This document shows, piece after piece, positions 11,517 to 24,915 of a stretch of DNA of 64,000 nt. Location of the stretch: NCBI GenBank assembly GCA_021613535.1, contig CP075492.1:20212001-20276000 (forward strand), written 5' to 3'. Source of the stretch: Adineta vaga. Taxonomy: Eukaryota > Animalia > Rotifera. Made by a program: the position numbers and the translations under genes. Position 1 is the stretch's first letter. Every line of letters starts with the position of its first letter. The notes below the pieces were generated by a model. The model made no database searches. It was not told the DNA's origin and worked only from the letters and a program-made list of their open reading frames with translations.

Positions 11517-12871
11517 ACAAGTAACGCTCGTCAGAAGACTCGCTCAGCTCTTTCTCGTAGAAACGCATCTTCTAAATATAATCATTGAAGAAACGTTTAG
11601 AGGAACAGATCTCTCTCCATGTAATCAACTTAGTACAGACTCGTCTAACGATCAGCAGTGCACATCGTCATAATGAATTACTTTTCACTCTTAACCTTAG
11701 TGGTCGCAACTAGGCTTGGAACAACTGTCAATCGTGTTGATACTGAATAGCCATTCTAATGCAACTGTCTGAGAGCGTTTCATTCCCTACTACCACTTTT
11801 CTACATATTTCGTATGTGACCTCCATTTTTAGAGTACTGCTGAGCCTTTGCTAATAGCGCGGGTTCAGACACTTTTAGTTGGTTTCCTCAACCAGACTCT
11901 CGCCTCTCCTTAATGAAGACGCCTGTCCAAGGTAGTGACTAATATTTGAGCATGCTTTTCGGGGCGCTGTATGAGATTCGACTTCCCAACATTCAGAAAC
12001 CCCAAAATATGCACTTTTTCCATAAGTTAATTCTGATTGGCTGTTCGCAGTTGCCCTTAGCAACTGCTTGGGCTGTGCATCATGCGACCAGTTCGACCTC
12101 GGATTCAGGTTCCCCGCATCGAGAAACCTCAGAGAATGTACTTTTTCCAAAACTCGATTCTGATCGGCTGTTCACAGTTGTCCCTAGCAACACCCTTAGC
12201 AACGGGTCATGCAGTCAGCCGGACATCGGATTTGAGTTTCTCGCATCGCAAAACCTCGAAATAAGCACTTTTCTCAAAGCTCGATTCTGATTGGCTGTTC
12301 TCGGTTGTCCTTGGCAACCGCTCAAGCCGTGAGTCATGTGACCAGCCCGACCTCGAATTTGAGTTACGTGTATTGAAAAAACCCAGAATATGCATTTTTT
12401 CATGACTCGATTCTGATTGGCTGTTCACAGTTGTCCCTAGCAACCGCTCAGCACGTGAGTCATGTGACCATCCCGACCTCGAATTCGAGTTTTCCGCATC
12501 GAGAGATCCCTATCTATGCACTTCTCTCAAAGCTCGATTCTCATTGGCTGTCCATGGTTACCCTTAATAACGGCCTCACGATGGGTCACGTGACCTTTTT
12601 GACCTCAAATTCGAACTCCTCGCATAGAGAAACCTCAGAAAATGCACTTTTCCCAAAACTCGATTCTGATTGGCTGTTCGCGGTTGCCTCTAGCAATGGG
12701 TCACGTGATCCATCGGACCTCGGATTCGAACTCCCCGCATCGGAAAACCCTAGGTGATATCCTTTCCTGAAAATCTAATTTCGATGTTTTTTTGACCCTG
12801 CGGACACACAAACAAGCAAGCAAGCAAACAATTTATGGTTACTGGACTCTTCTCTACGAGAAAGAGAATAA
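11517..12871 (-). mobile_element. HINE/Helentron-type non-autonomous element with six ~127-bp internal tandem repeats (also 25325-26679)
   Basis: SubTIR ctctttctcgtaga / tctacgagaaagag, a (gctt)n microsatellite near the 5' end, 3' end gagcgttacttgt. The repeat core ctgattggctg recurs at ~12033, 12160, 12287, 12413, 12540 and 12666. Confidence 0.72.
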
Positions 12872-14485
12872 CTATAATTTAGGAATCATAAGTAGAAGCA
12901 GCAGTTTCAGAACCCTTTGGTTTACTAGATATGTGCGTTGATCGTCTTTCACATTATAATCTCATAAGGGTCGCGCTAAAAGCTTGTCAACCCACTATTA
13001 TTAATCACGAAAAACTTTGCTCATAGCAACTGCAAAGTATGTAAATTGTGTCTTATTCTTATCTTAGTTCAATCGGACCAAAAAACATATTCGAGCTGGG
13101 AAATATCTATGTAGATCATCAAATGGCCAGTTTGGTTTTCTTATAGTACTAAATAATAATAAGTAAAACAAGGAAAGCTGACTTGTCCAGTAGAACAGTT
13201 TCGTATATTAGAGTTTAAAAATAGTCTTTTTATATAATATTTTGTGTAGACAATTGAAATCAGATGATCGGATATTGTTATAGAGAATATCACAGTGTAT
13301 CTTTTGATAAAAAGTTATTTTGCAAAGATTAATTATAAATGTGAAATTAATAAAAATATTGAGAAGCTCACCTTTTATGAGCGACTCATTAACTCATAAG
13401 AAATTGAGCATTTTGTTAGTTAGAATTACTATAGATACATGTTGAAGATACGCATAGATATGATTCAGGAGTATTTCTGTTCTGTTGAAAGACAGCAAAG
13501 TTTTTGAGACCGAGCACAGCAGTCGAGTTTACTCATAGAAGTCTATCAATAGATCTGTTCTCTACTATCAAAAATGATTCTATTGTGTTTCATATTTTAT
13601 TTTCACAAACTTCACTTCAAACTTGTAATAGAAATTTCATAATAAATCTAGTACAAAACAAATACGTAGTTTATCTCAGAAAGTTTTCAGCTATTTTAGT
13701 TTCCTCGTTTTCATGATAAAGACCATTTAACTACTTACCTGACTTTTCGGTAGCAATCTCGACCAAATTTTCAATAGTTCTATCGAGCCATGGAATGGTT
13801 GTGCCAGTCATAGTGAATAGTATAGTAAAACGAATAAGCAATAGATTATGATTGCTTTAAACGATAAATTCATTTACATATAAACGCATATTCTTAGGAA
13901 AATGTCATGTTCTAATTGGTATTTTCCCGACAAAATGATTATGAAAATTTTATAACTCATCAATGGATTTCTCCATCTGACTCATTTTGCAAGAGTAATC
14001 CAATAGAAAATAAAAGAAGGATTTCTTTCTTGTTGTTTTTGTCAAACACCCTGCATAATGTAGCTCTGACTCAAAGGAATGAGCGCTAAAGAGAGAACAA
14101 ATTGCAATGAAAATGTGCAATTATTCATCCAATGATTACCAAAAACAAATACATCGAATCAATATCTATTGATATTCGTCATTGATGCGATTGACAAAAA
14201 GGAAAAAAACAACAAATATCGTTTATGTCATAAAGCATGGATTGCATCACAAATGATGATAACAAAAATGCAAGGCCTCGAGGAAACATCCAATATCTTT
14301 CTATTGTTTATTTAAGTAGAGACCAACAAGAAGCCATCGAATTTACCTAAATGCATTTGTATATCCGAGTTTTGAAAAAAGAAAATTCCAATCAATATTG
14401 TGCCTATTTATACCAATCGTTAATCTGATTATAACCAAGCAAAATCAACTAACTGCTATTTCTAATTATACAATCCAACTACAAT

Positions 14486-15653
14486 ATGACTCAAGCTTCG
14501 ACTACATGGGCTGATGTAGAATATGCAAAAGCAAGAGAACCTATAATGGCACGACAACGTAAGCAAGTAAACTTTCTTAATTTTAGATCATTTTAGTCAT
14601 AGAATCAGATTTTAAATCACTTGTACTTAAACGAGTTTTCTTTCATAGTTAAGGAGAGACGTGAGGATATATTCTTCGTTCTTAAATTTGATTACATTGA
14701 AGGAACTAAATCGATTCTATAATGCAGCTGACTCATTTGATGCAACACTATTATCAAATATGAAAAATAATAAGTGAGAAAAAATTGCATGATTTTTTTT
14801 CCTCCTTATTCAATGTATAATCAAGAGTATAGTTGCATTTTGATAAAGTATGATATATGAAAAATGTAAACGTAGAAGAAATATTCTAAATTTTCCAGAA
14901 AAATGTTCGCAATAAAAACAAATTCTATTTTGTTCATTATTCTTCATAGGTCCCGATCAAGCTGATATGGTTGAGAAAATACTCGTAGAATTGCATCGGT
15001 ATTATCATCAACATAGTGATTTACTTCAAGATTTTGAACGTTTTAATGATAATATCAAAAGAATGAATATCGCTTGTTTCGAGACTCTTGCTGCAGAAGA
15101 TAAGGGTTTAACAGATACTCTCATTGAATTAGCAAAGAAAACTGAACCGGTTGTATTGCCAGACAATAGCTTTGCTTTCTTCGGTTTGACATCAACCGGC
15201 AAGTCAAGTATACTCAATGGGATTCTACGAAAACAAGTAGCTGAAACAGGTTACGGTGAAACGACAACAGAAATAAGACCATATTACGGTACAAATTTTT
15301 TCATTTGGGATATTCCCGGTAAAAATGATGAGGTATCATATATGACAATATCATCTATATCATTCTGGAAGGGGCTAAAAGAACGTCTCATTGTTATTGA
15401 ATCGACATTGAAGGAAAATTGCAGCATGATGAAATTAATGGATGCTATTGGATTACATTATGATATTGTAGTCAACAAGTTTGATATCATCAATCCAGAG
15501 CAACAACAAAAACTTCGTCAAAAAATCCAGGATGAAATAGTCGCACTCGGTTTGAAAAGAGTCGATCATGTATTTTTCATTAGTGCACATTATCCAGACA
15601 AGTTTCCTGACTGGGAAAAAATGGTTAATTATTTGACAAATCTAAGCAAATAA
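14486..15653 (+). CDS. IRG/IIGP-like GTPase A, copy 2 (intact)
   Basis: ORF 14967-15653 (228 aa) with all G motifs. Upstream exon as in copy 1. Confidence 0.85.
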
Positions 15654-17839
15654 ACATAAGTGTTTTCATTTTAATGTATTCCCTTTTTTTGCAATACATT
15701 TTTGAAAAATAAAAAGAACTCATACATCTTTAAGAGGATACTCAAGAAAATACTAGTCATCATACATTCGATAATTTGTTTATTCCCTCGACTGTAGAGA
15801 GGGTCATATGAAAAAAATAGTTTGTTTCTGTGTGGGTCAGGGGTCATAGGTGAAAAAAACATCGAAAACTGGTTTTTACCAAAAGTGATTCTATGAGGTT
15901 TGCCGGTGTCGTGAAGATGAAACCAGCTAAGTTAAAGCAGTGATGCAGGGTAGATAGGAGTAATGGTACAAGTCCTTGGGATCAGCAAAACGTCGAAGTT
16001 TCGTATCCGACAAAAGTGACTGCTGGAGGTTTGTTCAGTCGGGCAACGAAAACTAATGGATGTTGTATTCTGAGGCGATGTGAAGCAGTGGCGTATCCAG
16101 GATTTTTGGAGCACGGACAACTCTCTGCTTAAACTCAATTGAAAACGGGGCATGCGTGGTCAGTTCAAAATCTCACTAGGCAATAGTTTGTCTTCTCTTT
16201 CGATCACAAGCCGGAAATGTCAAAACAGGACACTGCGGCGCAGAAAATTTCCCGCTAAAAGCTCAAACTGACGACCAGAAGAAAGCTCTTACCCCTCCCT
16301 AGATCTCGTGTTGGTTTACACAGAACCGTTTGCATTCCTCAAGCTAACACCTTGCTAGTAGCTTTAACTATTTGTCAGCGCTAGGAATACCAGTTTCTCC
16401 ACTGAGACTTCGAGCAATAAATTTCAAGAGACTGTTGAGTGGCGGTGGTTGGAATGTGTGAGAGTGGATGAAGATGGGTGGGCGTGGGTGAAAATAGCTA
16501 GGGCTGGGTAGAAATGGGTGGGGTAGGTGAAAATAGATGGGATCGTGGAATTCGGTTGATGCAGGCGAAAATTGGTATCAGTGGGTGAAAGTCGTAGGAT
16601 GTTGGTAACTGTGGCCGCAGAGTTGGATGGGGATGTGGTTCTGGTGTGAATATTCCCTCGACTCTAAGGGAGTCATATCACAAAATAGTTTGTGTGTCTG
16701 TGTCAAGGTGAAATGTTAGGAGCACTTCCACTAGTAAGGTGTGGTTGAAATGGGTGGGAGTGAGTGAAACACTCTGGATGAGGGTGTGGGTGACACTTCA
16801 GGGGTGTGGGTAGGGATGGTGTGGTTACATATAGGAGAGAGTGGATGAAATAGCTTCGAGATGGTTTTGATGGATAGAAATGGGTGAGAATGGGTGGACT
16901 GGGTGGGCATTGGTGAAAATGGTTGGGATGAGTGGGGTTGTGAGAAAGCGGGTGAAAGTCGGTGAGTGTGGGCGAAAAGGGGTTGAGATAGAATCGGGTG
17001 TGTGAGTAAGAGTGTGTAAGGATCCCAGGTTAGCAAAGATGTGTTTGAAGTGAGGTAATCCTCGTGGTGCAAGAGCCGAGTAGAAATATCTGGGGACTCT
17101 GATAGGTGAGGAAACTGACTAACGCGATTTGGGTGGGGCGTTGCGCAGTGATTAGTAGGACACTGGATGGTGGTAGTGAATACTGATCCGAGATTATTAA
17201 CTGTGTCCTTACAGAGGAGGTGCGGTTTGAATGGTCTTGACCGAGTAGAAACAGAACTCGATCGATATTGGGCGAACTTTGGATATGAAGAAGTGTATAA
17301 TGAGAGTTGAGTCGCCTTTACAGGCGGTTTGCAGTGACTCTCATCTGGAAAAAGGGTCTGTGCCGCGTTTATTCGTTTGAGGAAGTGGATATCTGATGGC
17401 GTTTGTGTGAGTTGGCGAAGAAAACAAAAGAAACCGTATATCTGCCTCCACAGTCGAGGGTGAGTGAGTGAGTCGAGACGACGAACGTTACTTGTAGCTA
17501 GAATGCCTCAGAAATATTCAAAGATTATTATAAAAGAAGTTTCCAATTCTATGCTATGTCTACAACATTAGAGAGGCAGTAGTTATCTTCTTTTGGTGAC
17601 AATGCATTCTGTGACTGATCTTGCAGAAGATTTTGAAAATGTAAAAATGAATTTCTAAGTTTATTCATTTGAAAGAGATGGTATATATTCTTGTTCGTTA
17701 CAATTATTTTGTTCACTGGAATTTACCAAAATATTTCTCTGTTTCTATCTCTTGCTCTCTTTACAACGAAACTTCAGCTATCTTCACAATGAGCCATGTT
17801 CACAATTCGCTTATAAGCCATCCGACAGCAAAACTGTGC

Positions 17840-17876
<37 letters not shown>

Positions 17877-18506
17877 ACTACTATATGCGGCTTATCTCTC
17901 TTCATCTTTTTCTTCGACTGTAGAGAAAGAAGATGCTCATGGTTACCAAATAATAACGTCATTCTCTTTTTATCTTCTATTATCTTTGATCTATTCTCTT
18001 CCTTCCGAATCAATGAACATAGACAAACTTGTTGCAGAAAATAGGAAATAATCACGATTTATCATATCATTCTTACTGATAAGTTGCAGTTGTTCTTGTG
18101 AGAAAAGTCTCGAGTCAACTACGGCTGGAAGTAGATTTATCAATATTAACAAATTCAAACATACTAGAACGACAATCACATTCTTATTTATTTCAAACAT
18201 AGCTCAAAAACTCCTCTAAGAAATAAACATCATATACAGTAAAAAACTAGCTATGAATCGTGATCATCTTGAGTAAAGAAACTATTCATCTATTTACTTT
18301 TTATATGATTGAAAAAATAAAAATCATCATTTTCCTATTTTCTGCAACAAGTTTGTCTATGTTCATTGATTCGGAAGGAAGAGAATAGATCAAAGATAAT
18401 AGAAGATAAAAAGAGAATGACGTTATTATTTGGTAACCATGAGCATCTTCTTTCTTTCTACAGTCGAAGAAAAGATGAAGATGAGAGATAAGCCGCATAT
18501 AGTAGT

Positions 18507-18545
<39 letters not shown>

Positions 18546-19306
18546 GCACAGTTTTGCTGTCGGATGGCTTATAAGCGATTGGTAAACATTGGCTCATTAT
18601 TGTGTCGGCTGGAGTTTACCTAAATATTTCTTTCTTTCTACCTTTTTCCTTCCTTACAACGAAACTTGACTCATCCTCACACGATTATTGTGTTGACTGG
18701 AAGTTACCAGAATATTTGTCTCTTTTTACCTTTTTCTCTCTTTCCAACGAAACTTGATTTGTCGTTGTTACAGCCACAGCCAATACACACACACTCTCTC
18801 TCTCTCTCTCTCTCTTGTCGTGTTCTCTCTCTCTTGTTCTCGGTGATATCTTTCCCTCGTTGTCTTTGTTCAAGGTGATATCATCTCGGATGATATCATC
18901 CCTCTTTCTCTCCGTCGAGTATATAAACATGTGTGTTTTCCACTCAGGTTCGGTTCGATCTGTCCTCTCTTTTCTTTTAAATAAAGGTATCGGTCGGGCC
19001 TCGCTCGTTCTCTCACAACATCACGTCTCTCTCGTTCCGCTCTCCCATGACCACTCTAATAGTCGTCACAATGATTTTGTTGTCTGGAATTTACCAAAGT
19101 ATTTGCCCTTTTTAACCTTTTTCTCTGTCGAAACGGTAGTTGAAATTACAAAACAATGATGGTATAAAATACGTTGATTTTGCTCCGAAACACTCATTCG
19201 AAGCATTCTTCTGCCTCGTACACACGAAACAGCAAGGCAATGTAAGTAGATAAATAGAATTCATTGACTTTCTTAATTCTATAATAATATTTTAATTCTA
19301 GAAACA

Positions 19307-19510
19307 ATGTTCACACAAAAGTTTGCAATAATAATCTTTTTCCTATTATCGATTTCGTTAGTCTCAGATGCTGGGCCTGCAGCCTACATGGCGTGTCTTA
19401 TTAGCTGTTCTGCCACATGCTCATCAACAACGCTATTTTATGGTAGCCCAGCATGTCTTGCAGCATGCACATCAGCGTGTTCACCATTATTGGCTGTTCC
19501 AGTACTATAA
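19307..19510 (+). CDS. Secreted cysteine-rich peptide P1, copy 2
   Basis: Identical 67-aa ORF. Confidence 0.82.
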   Translation: MFTQKFAIIIFFLLSISLVSDAGPAAYMACLISCSATCSSTTLFYGSPACLAACTSACSPLLAVPVL

Positions 19511-21523
19511 CTGAATTTAAATAACAACTATTCTATTCCTTATTTATTATGCTTGCTTTCTCTTTAAAATATTCTATTAACAATCATTTTAATCCTGATT
19601 TTTAATTCTTGGTTTTTGTTTAAAATAAAAAGCAATTGCAAAAAGCCACGGGTTGTCCGCTAGTAACACACTCACGTTCCGACAACTTTATATTCGAATT
19701 TTTGCAAAACAACTGAACATAGAGTCGCAATATTGTGTGCATAGATGTATCTTTTTAAGCTCATTAATGCGTAACAGTTTCATCTCAATTTGACTTAATA
19801 GTTTATGTTTCATAAGAAAAATACATGCCAGTAACGCAGTCATCCAAACGACCCTCTTTTTTTCGACTGGATGAAAAAAGACTAAAAGAAAAAGTGCCGA
19901 AAGAATAAGTGTAGAAAAAAAACTGTGTGGAAAAGAAAATATAGAAGAGGAAAAATATCGAATATTAAAACATCTAAATAAGACTTGATATATATATATA
20001 TATATAAAGTGATAAATTTGATTACATAGATGAAAAGTAACTATAAAAGATAATAAAAACTGAGACGAAATGTCAGTTCACATAAATTAGAAAGTTCGCT
20101 AATTCGCCATCCACCTCTCCTGAGAAGCGAGCGTATATATATTTAAATCAAAAGCGGAAAGAACCCATGAACGATAGGAACAATCCAACTACACATATGT
20201 TAACATACAGAAAGAAGGGAAAGAAAGAAAGGAAAAGAAAAGAAAACACATGGAAATGTCCATATGATCGAAGGACATGAAGAACATAACATACATCCTA
20301 ACACATACGATAATGATTGTTCATTTTCTTTTTGATTTAATATTTTTAGAAAAAATAACATAAAATAATCCATCGAGAAGTTCGTTAGTATTAATACCAT
20401 CATTATTATACTGAATATATAAAGTATCAATTCAATGTTGAATACAGTGTTGCCACCTTTTGCCCTCGAAAAGCAAAAATGATCTGTAAAAAGCAGAAAA
20501 TGACAGAGTTTCAATTGTTAAAGAGCAGAAGAAAAGAGAAAGTGTTTTTTAATGTCAAACTATGGTTTAAGCTCAGCTATAATAAAATAATAAGAAAGTT
20601 TAGCATTATATTTTATATTCTAGTGCACAAAATCAAAAAAACGACATTAAACAGATAAATGCATTTATTAAACATTTTTCTTAAACATATATTTTTTATC
20701 TGACCTTAATAGCTTTCAATATATCCTGGTTCGATAATATATACTTGTACATATTAGTACATTTTCAAGTAGCATTCAAACATATTTTTAATTCAGCTGA
20801 CACTAATTCTTTTGTTATACAGTTCCGCTTGTCATTTACTAAATATTGCATTTGTGAAAATACAGATTCAACATAAGTATTACCGCAACGTAATGAAAAT
20901 AAAAAACATAAGAGTTTTTAAAATTTGGTGATAGAGTAAGAGAAAGTAATAACATCCAGAGTTGATCAGATCTTACAATCTGACTTTGTATTAAATGATT
21001 ATTTTGACAAAAAGATCGGTTAAAATATTGAGAGTTTTCATTGAAAACATAAAAGATAAAAAAATCCGAAAAGTAGAAGAGGTGGCAACACTGCTCACAC
21101 TCTCAACTTGAGAGTGTGAGTGTAGGTGTGAGGAGAGGGAGGAAGCTGTGGGTATGTGTCTTTTCTCTATATTTCATTGACGTTCACCCCACGTTGTACT
21201 TCTTTTATTTAGTTTTGCGTTGTTTCATTGTCTCACACTATTATCTCTGTAAAACTTTGTTACTTTCTTCTCACAGCATCAGAAGATGAATTGACTATGT
21301 TTTTCTTTAAGTTTCGTCTGATATTTTCATATTTTCATCTATCCTCCTGTCTTTACTGTTGTGATTTTGCATATTCATTTTTAAATACCAGTAAATTCCA
21401 ATATACATTTCGTGATTTATTAAACAAATAAATAAAAATCTTAAAACAACATGTGTTCTTCTTCTCGATTAATCTTTTATATAAAGATATATTGAAAGTA
21501 TTGTCTGAGTTACCAAAAAGTCA

Positions 21524-21715
21524 TCATGGTGTTGGAGCTGATAAAAGCGGTGCACATATTCTCGAACAGCCTGCAGTGCCTAGTGTCACTCCCCAAAACG
21601 AGGCACCTGCCGTGCATGCTGCCATACATGATGAATATGCTGCTGGACCGGCATTTGCAACTGCTATAGATCCAATTAATAGAATTAGTATGATATTTCG
21701 AAGAACGAAGTTCAT
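21524..21715 (-). CDS. Secreted cysteine-rich peptide P2, copy 2 (intact, 63 aa)
   Basis: MNFVLRNIILILLIGSIAVANA-GPAAYSSCMAACTAGASFWGVTLGTAGCSRICAPLLSAPTP. Confidence 0.82.
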   Translation of the reverse strand: MNFVLRNIILILLIGSIAVANAGPAAYSSCMAACTAGASFWGVTLGTAGCSRICAPLLSAPTP

Positions 21716-22498
21716 TTTCAGTATCTAAATAAAATAATAAATCAATATTCTTCTCATCCTCATCTTCACTTCAATGTCTCCTTTTTTCCACATAAAAAGT
21801 TTTGTAAATATATTACCTTTTCTGATGGTTAGCTTGTCGATGTCTAAAACACTTTAGTTAGTATGAATTTAAATAAATAGAAAGTCGTAGTATTTATATA
21901 TTCTTCACCTAATGTAGTTGTATACTTTGTAAAAACCAGCGTATTACTCATGGTTAGGGATTTATCCCTGAACGTGAGAGAAGGGAAAGAAAAAGAAATA
22001 ATGTTCGATGCGGTTCTTTATTCGTAAATCAAACACAAGTTACATCGAGAGAGAGAGAGAGAGAGAAAGAAAAGAGAGAAGACGAAAGGAAGAGACCGAC
22101 CACAAGATGGAAATTCACACATGTTTATATACAGAGAGAAAGACAAAGCGGTAGACGAGATGATATCTAATGATATCATCTTACAATGGATAAAGAGAAA
22201 CACGACTGAGAGAAGAAAAAGATAGAATAGTCCAAGGGTTTCGTCCCGTAACACTCATTAAGAATAAATTGTTCCCAACAATGTATCATTAACCCTCATC
22301 CTACCACCTATGGAACACTCAGGTTTTCGTCGCATGGGGTCTGTCCGAACTCCAGGTCAGTTTTGAATTAAAGATAAAGTAAGGTCCACATGAACATATA
22401 CAGTAGGTATGAGGAACATGTGCGGGATATTATTATAAATAGAATTAAAAGAGTGAGTTCTTCTTATAGCATCCTCTCACGATTTTTATTCTTTATTT

Positions 22499-22529
<31 letters not shown>

Positions 22530-22677
22530 TTATTATTATTGCTATTATTATTATTATTATTATTATTGCTATTATTATTATTATTATTATTATTGCTATT
22601 ATTATTATTATTATTATTATTGCTATTATTATTATTATTATTATTATTGCTATTATTATTATTATTATTATTATTGC

Positions 22678-22719
<42 letters not shown>

Positions 22720-22739
22720 ATTGCTATTATTTATTATTG

Positions 22740-22776
<37 letters not shown>

Positions 22777-22860
22777 TGCTATATTATTATTATTATTATT
22801 ATTATTGCTATATTATTATTATTATTATTATTGCTATTATTATTATTATTATTATTATTG

Positions 22861-22897
<37 letters not shown>

Positions 22898-24138
22898 GCT
22901 ATTTTATTATATTATTATATTATTATTATTATTGCTATTATTTATTATATTATTATATATTATTATTATTATATTATTTCATTATCACATCATCATCATC
23001 ATCATCATCATCATCATGAAATGAACCTAAGCAAGTGCTACAAATTATCTTATGATGATTGAACAGCGAGGAAAATTGCGTGTTGTGAGAAGGAAATGGT
23101 TACGGCATGAGCTATGTATCGATGTGAGAGTATCAGGTGTATATATATAATATCTAATCAATACATTGAGGTTATTTTCCAAAGAAAACTCGGGATCGAA
23201 CGACGTGAAAAATCCCAGGAAACATTATTTCACTATAAAAAAACGAAGAAATCATCAGAAGAATATGCTCAACGTATACAACGAAGAACGATAGGAAAAT
23301 CCGAAAAAGTATATCAATGACCGGAGAGAAGAATGCAATGACGTCAGTGGAAAGTGACACAGGTACATGTGCATGAAGTGAATCGAATCTATGTTAGCTG
23401 CCGCTCGACAAATTTGTTCTTGTTGCAAATATATATGTCAACTTGTGGTAACATAAAAAACAAGTGTAGATTGAAAACAAACTAGCTAATTGAACTTGTC
23501 TCTCACAGTCTTACAATGTGTTTTGCGAAGAAACACAATACTGCAGAAAACTCTGACGAGATGATAGCAGGCCAAGTTGATGTCGCTTTCGGATCTTCTC
23601 AATATAATACTAGAATCTCCATCATATCGTCTTCGTATGAATGAGTCTATTGAAGATCAAATTCAGATGACATCGTGTTGACACGAGGTATATACATATA
23701 ACTCTATTCTATGGGGTCCGCCTGAACCCCAAACGGCGAAAACACGATGGTTGATATTCCGACCTATTTCAGCTAATTAATTCTGTTTGAATTGAAGAAA
23801 CTAATACTATCGAAAGATTATGTTAACTCTCTACAATGCATATCTAGAAGGGTAGAGATATATCGATTACTCTGAGAAAATTAAATGGAGTCATAAGTGC
23901 TCTGGGGTCTGTTCGGACCCCAGGTGGTAGGATGAGGGTTAAGAACATAATAATTAACAGAAAGAAAAAAAAGAAATATCATAATGTTCTTTAAATCTAG
24001 ACATTATAAGTAAATACTATTTTTGATCTTTTATTTTCTTAGTTATCAATCTTCTTCAAAAGTTAAGAAGTAATCAAACTATGTTCTGTAATTATATAAT
24101 TAAAAGTCAAAATAATGTCACATTTAGTTAATTAATAT

Positions 24139-24915
24139 CTATGATTTCACTAAATATTTAACCATTTTACGCCAATCGTATCTACCAGGATATCTTGCAC
24201 TTACAAAGAACACATGATCTACTCTTTTAAGACCAAGTTCGTTTATTTCTTTGTCAATTTGCTTGTGTAGTTTTGGTTTTTCTTCTTCAGAGACCATGTC
24301 ATAGTGATTGACCACAATAGCATAGTGTAATTTAATATCACCCATTAATTTCATTAGACTTGAATTTTCTTTCACTGTATGTTTAATAATAATAAGACGT
24401 CGTTGAAGTCCTTTCAAGAAGGATATATATTGCATAGACATATACGACACTTCATCATTTGCGCCAGGCACATCCCAAATAACAAAACCGATACGCTCAT
24501 ATGGTGTCAGTTTGGTCGTTGTTTCACTGTAGCCGGTTTCAGCTACATTTTCTCCAAGAAGACTGTTGAGCATAGTCGATTTGCCTGTTGATGTTAAACC
24601 GAAAAGAGCAATATGATTGCCTGTCATTTCGATTGGTTTAACTTCTCTAGATAATTCAGTAATAGTATCGGCCACTTTTGGTTTTGTTTGAGTTAGACTT
24701 TCATATGAGTTGGTTTGTATTTCTCTCAGTCTTGTCATAATGTCTGGGTCACGATTCAGTATCGCTTCATGCTCTGTAGCATATTTGGTCAGATACTTTA
24801 AAAGATTTTGAATTAAATAACCTAGAATAACACATCAAACTATAATATTTTGTAAAGTTTTAGTATACTCAACTTTCAAAGCTACATTTTATCGAAAATT
24901 TCCGTTACTTGCCAT
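24139..24915 (-). CDS. IRG/IIGP-like GTPase B, copy 2
   Basis: ORF 24139-24738 encodes the same protein as copy 1. Confidence 0.82.

Noticed and set aside
11875-12757. ORFs in the 127-bp repeats
   Set aside because: The period is not a multiple of 3, the ORFs overlap on both strands, and the region is TE-internal.
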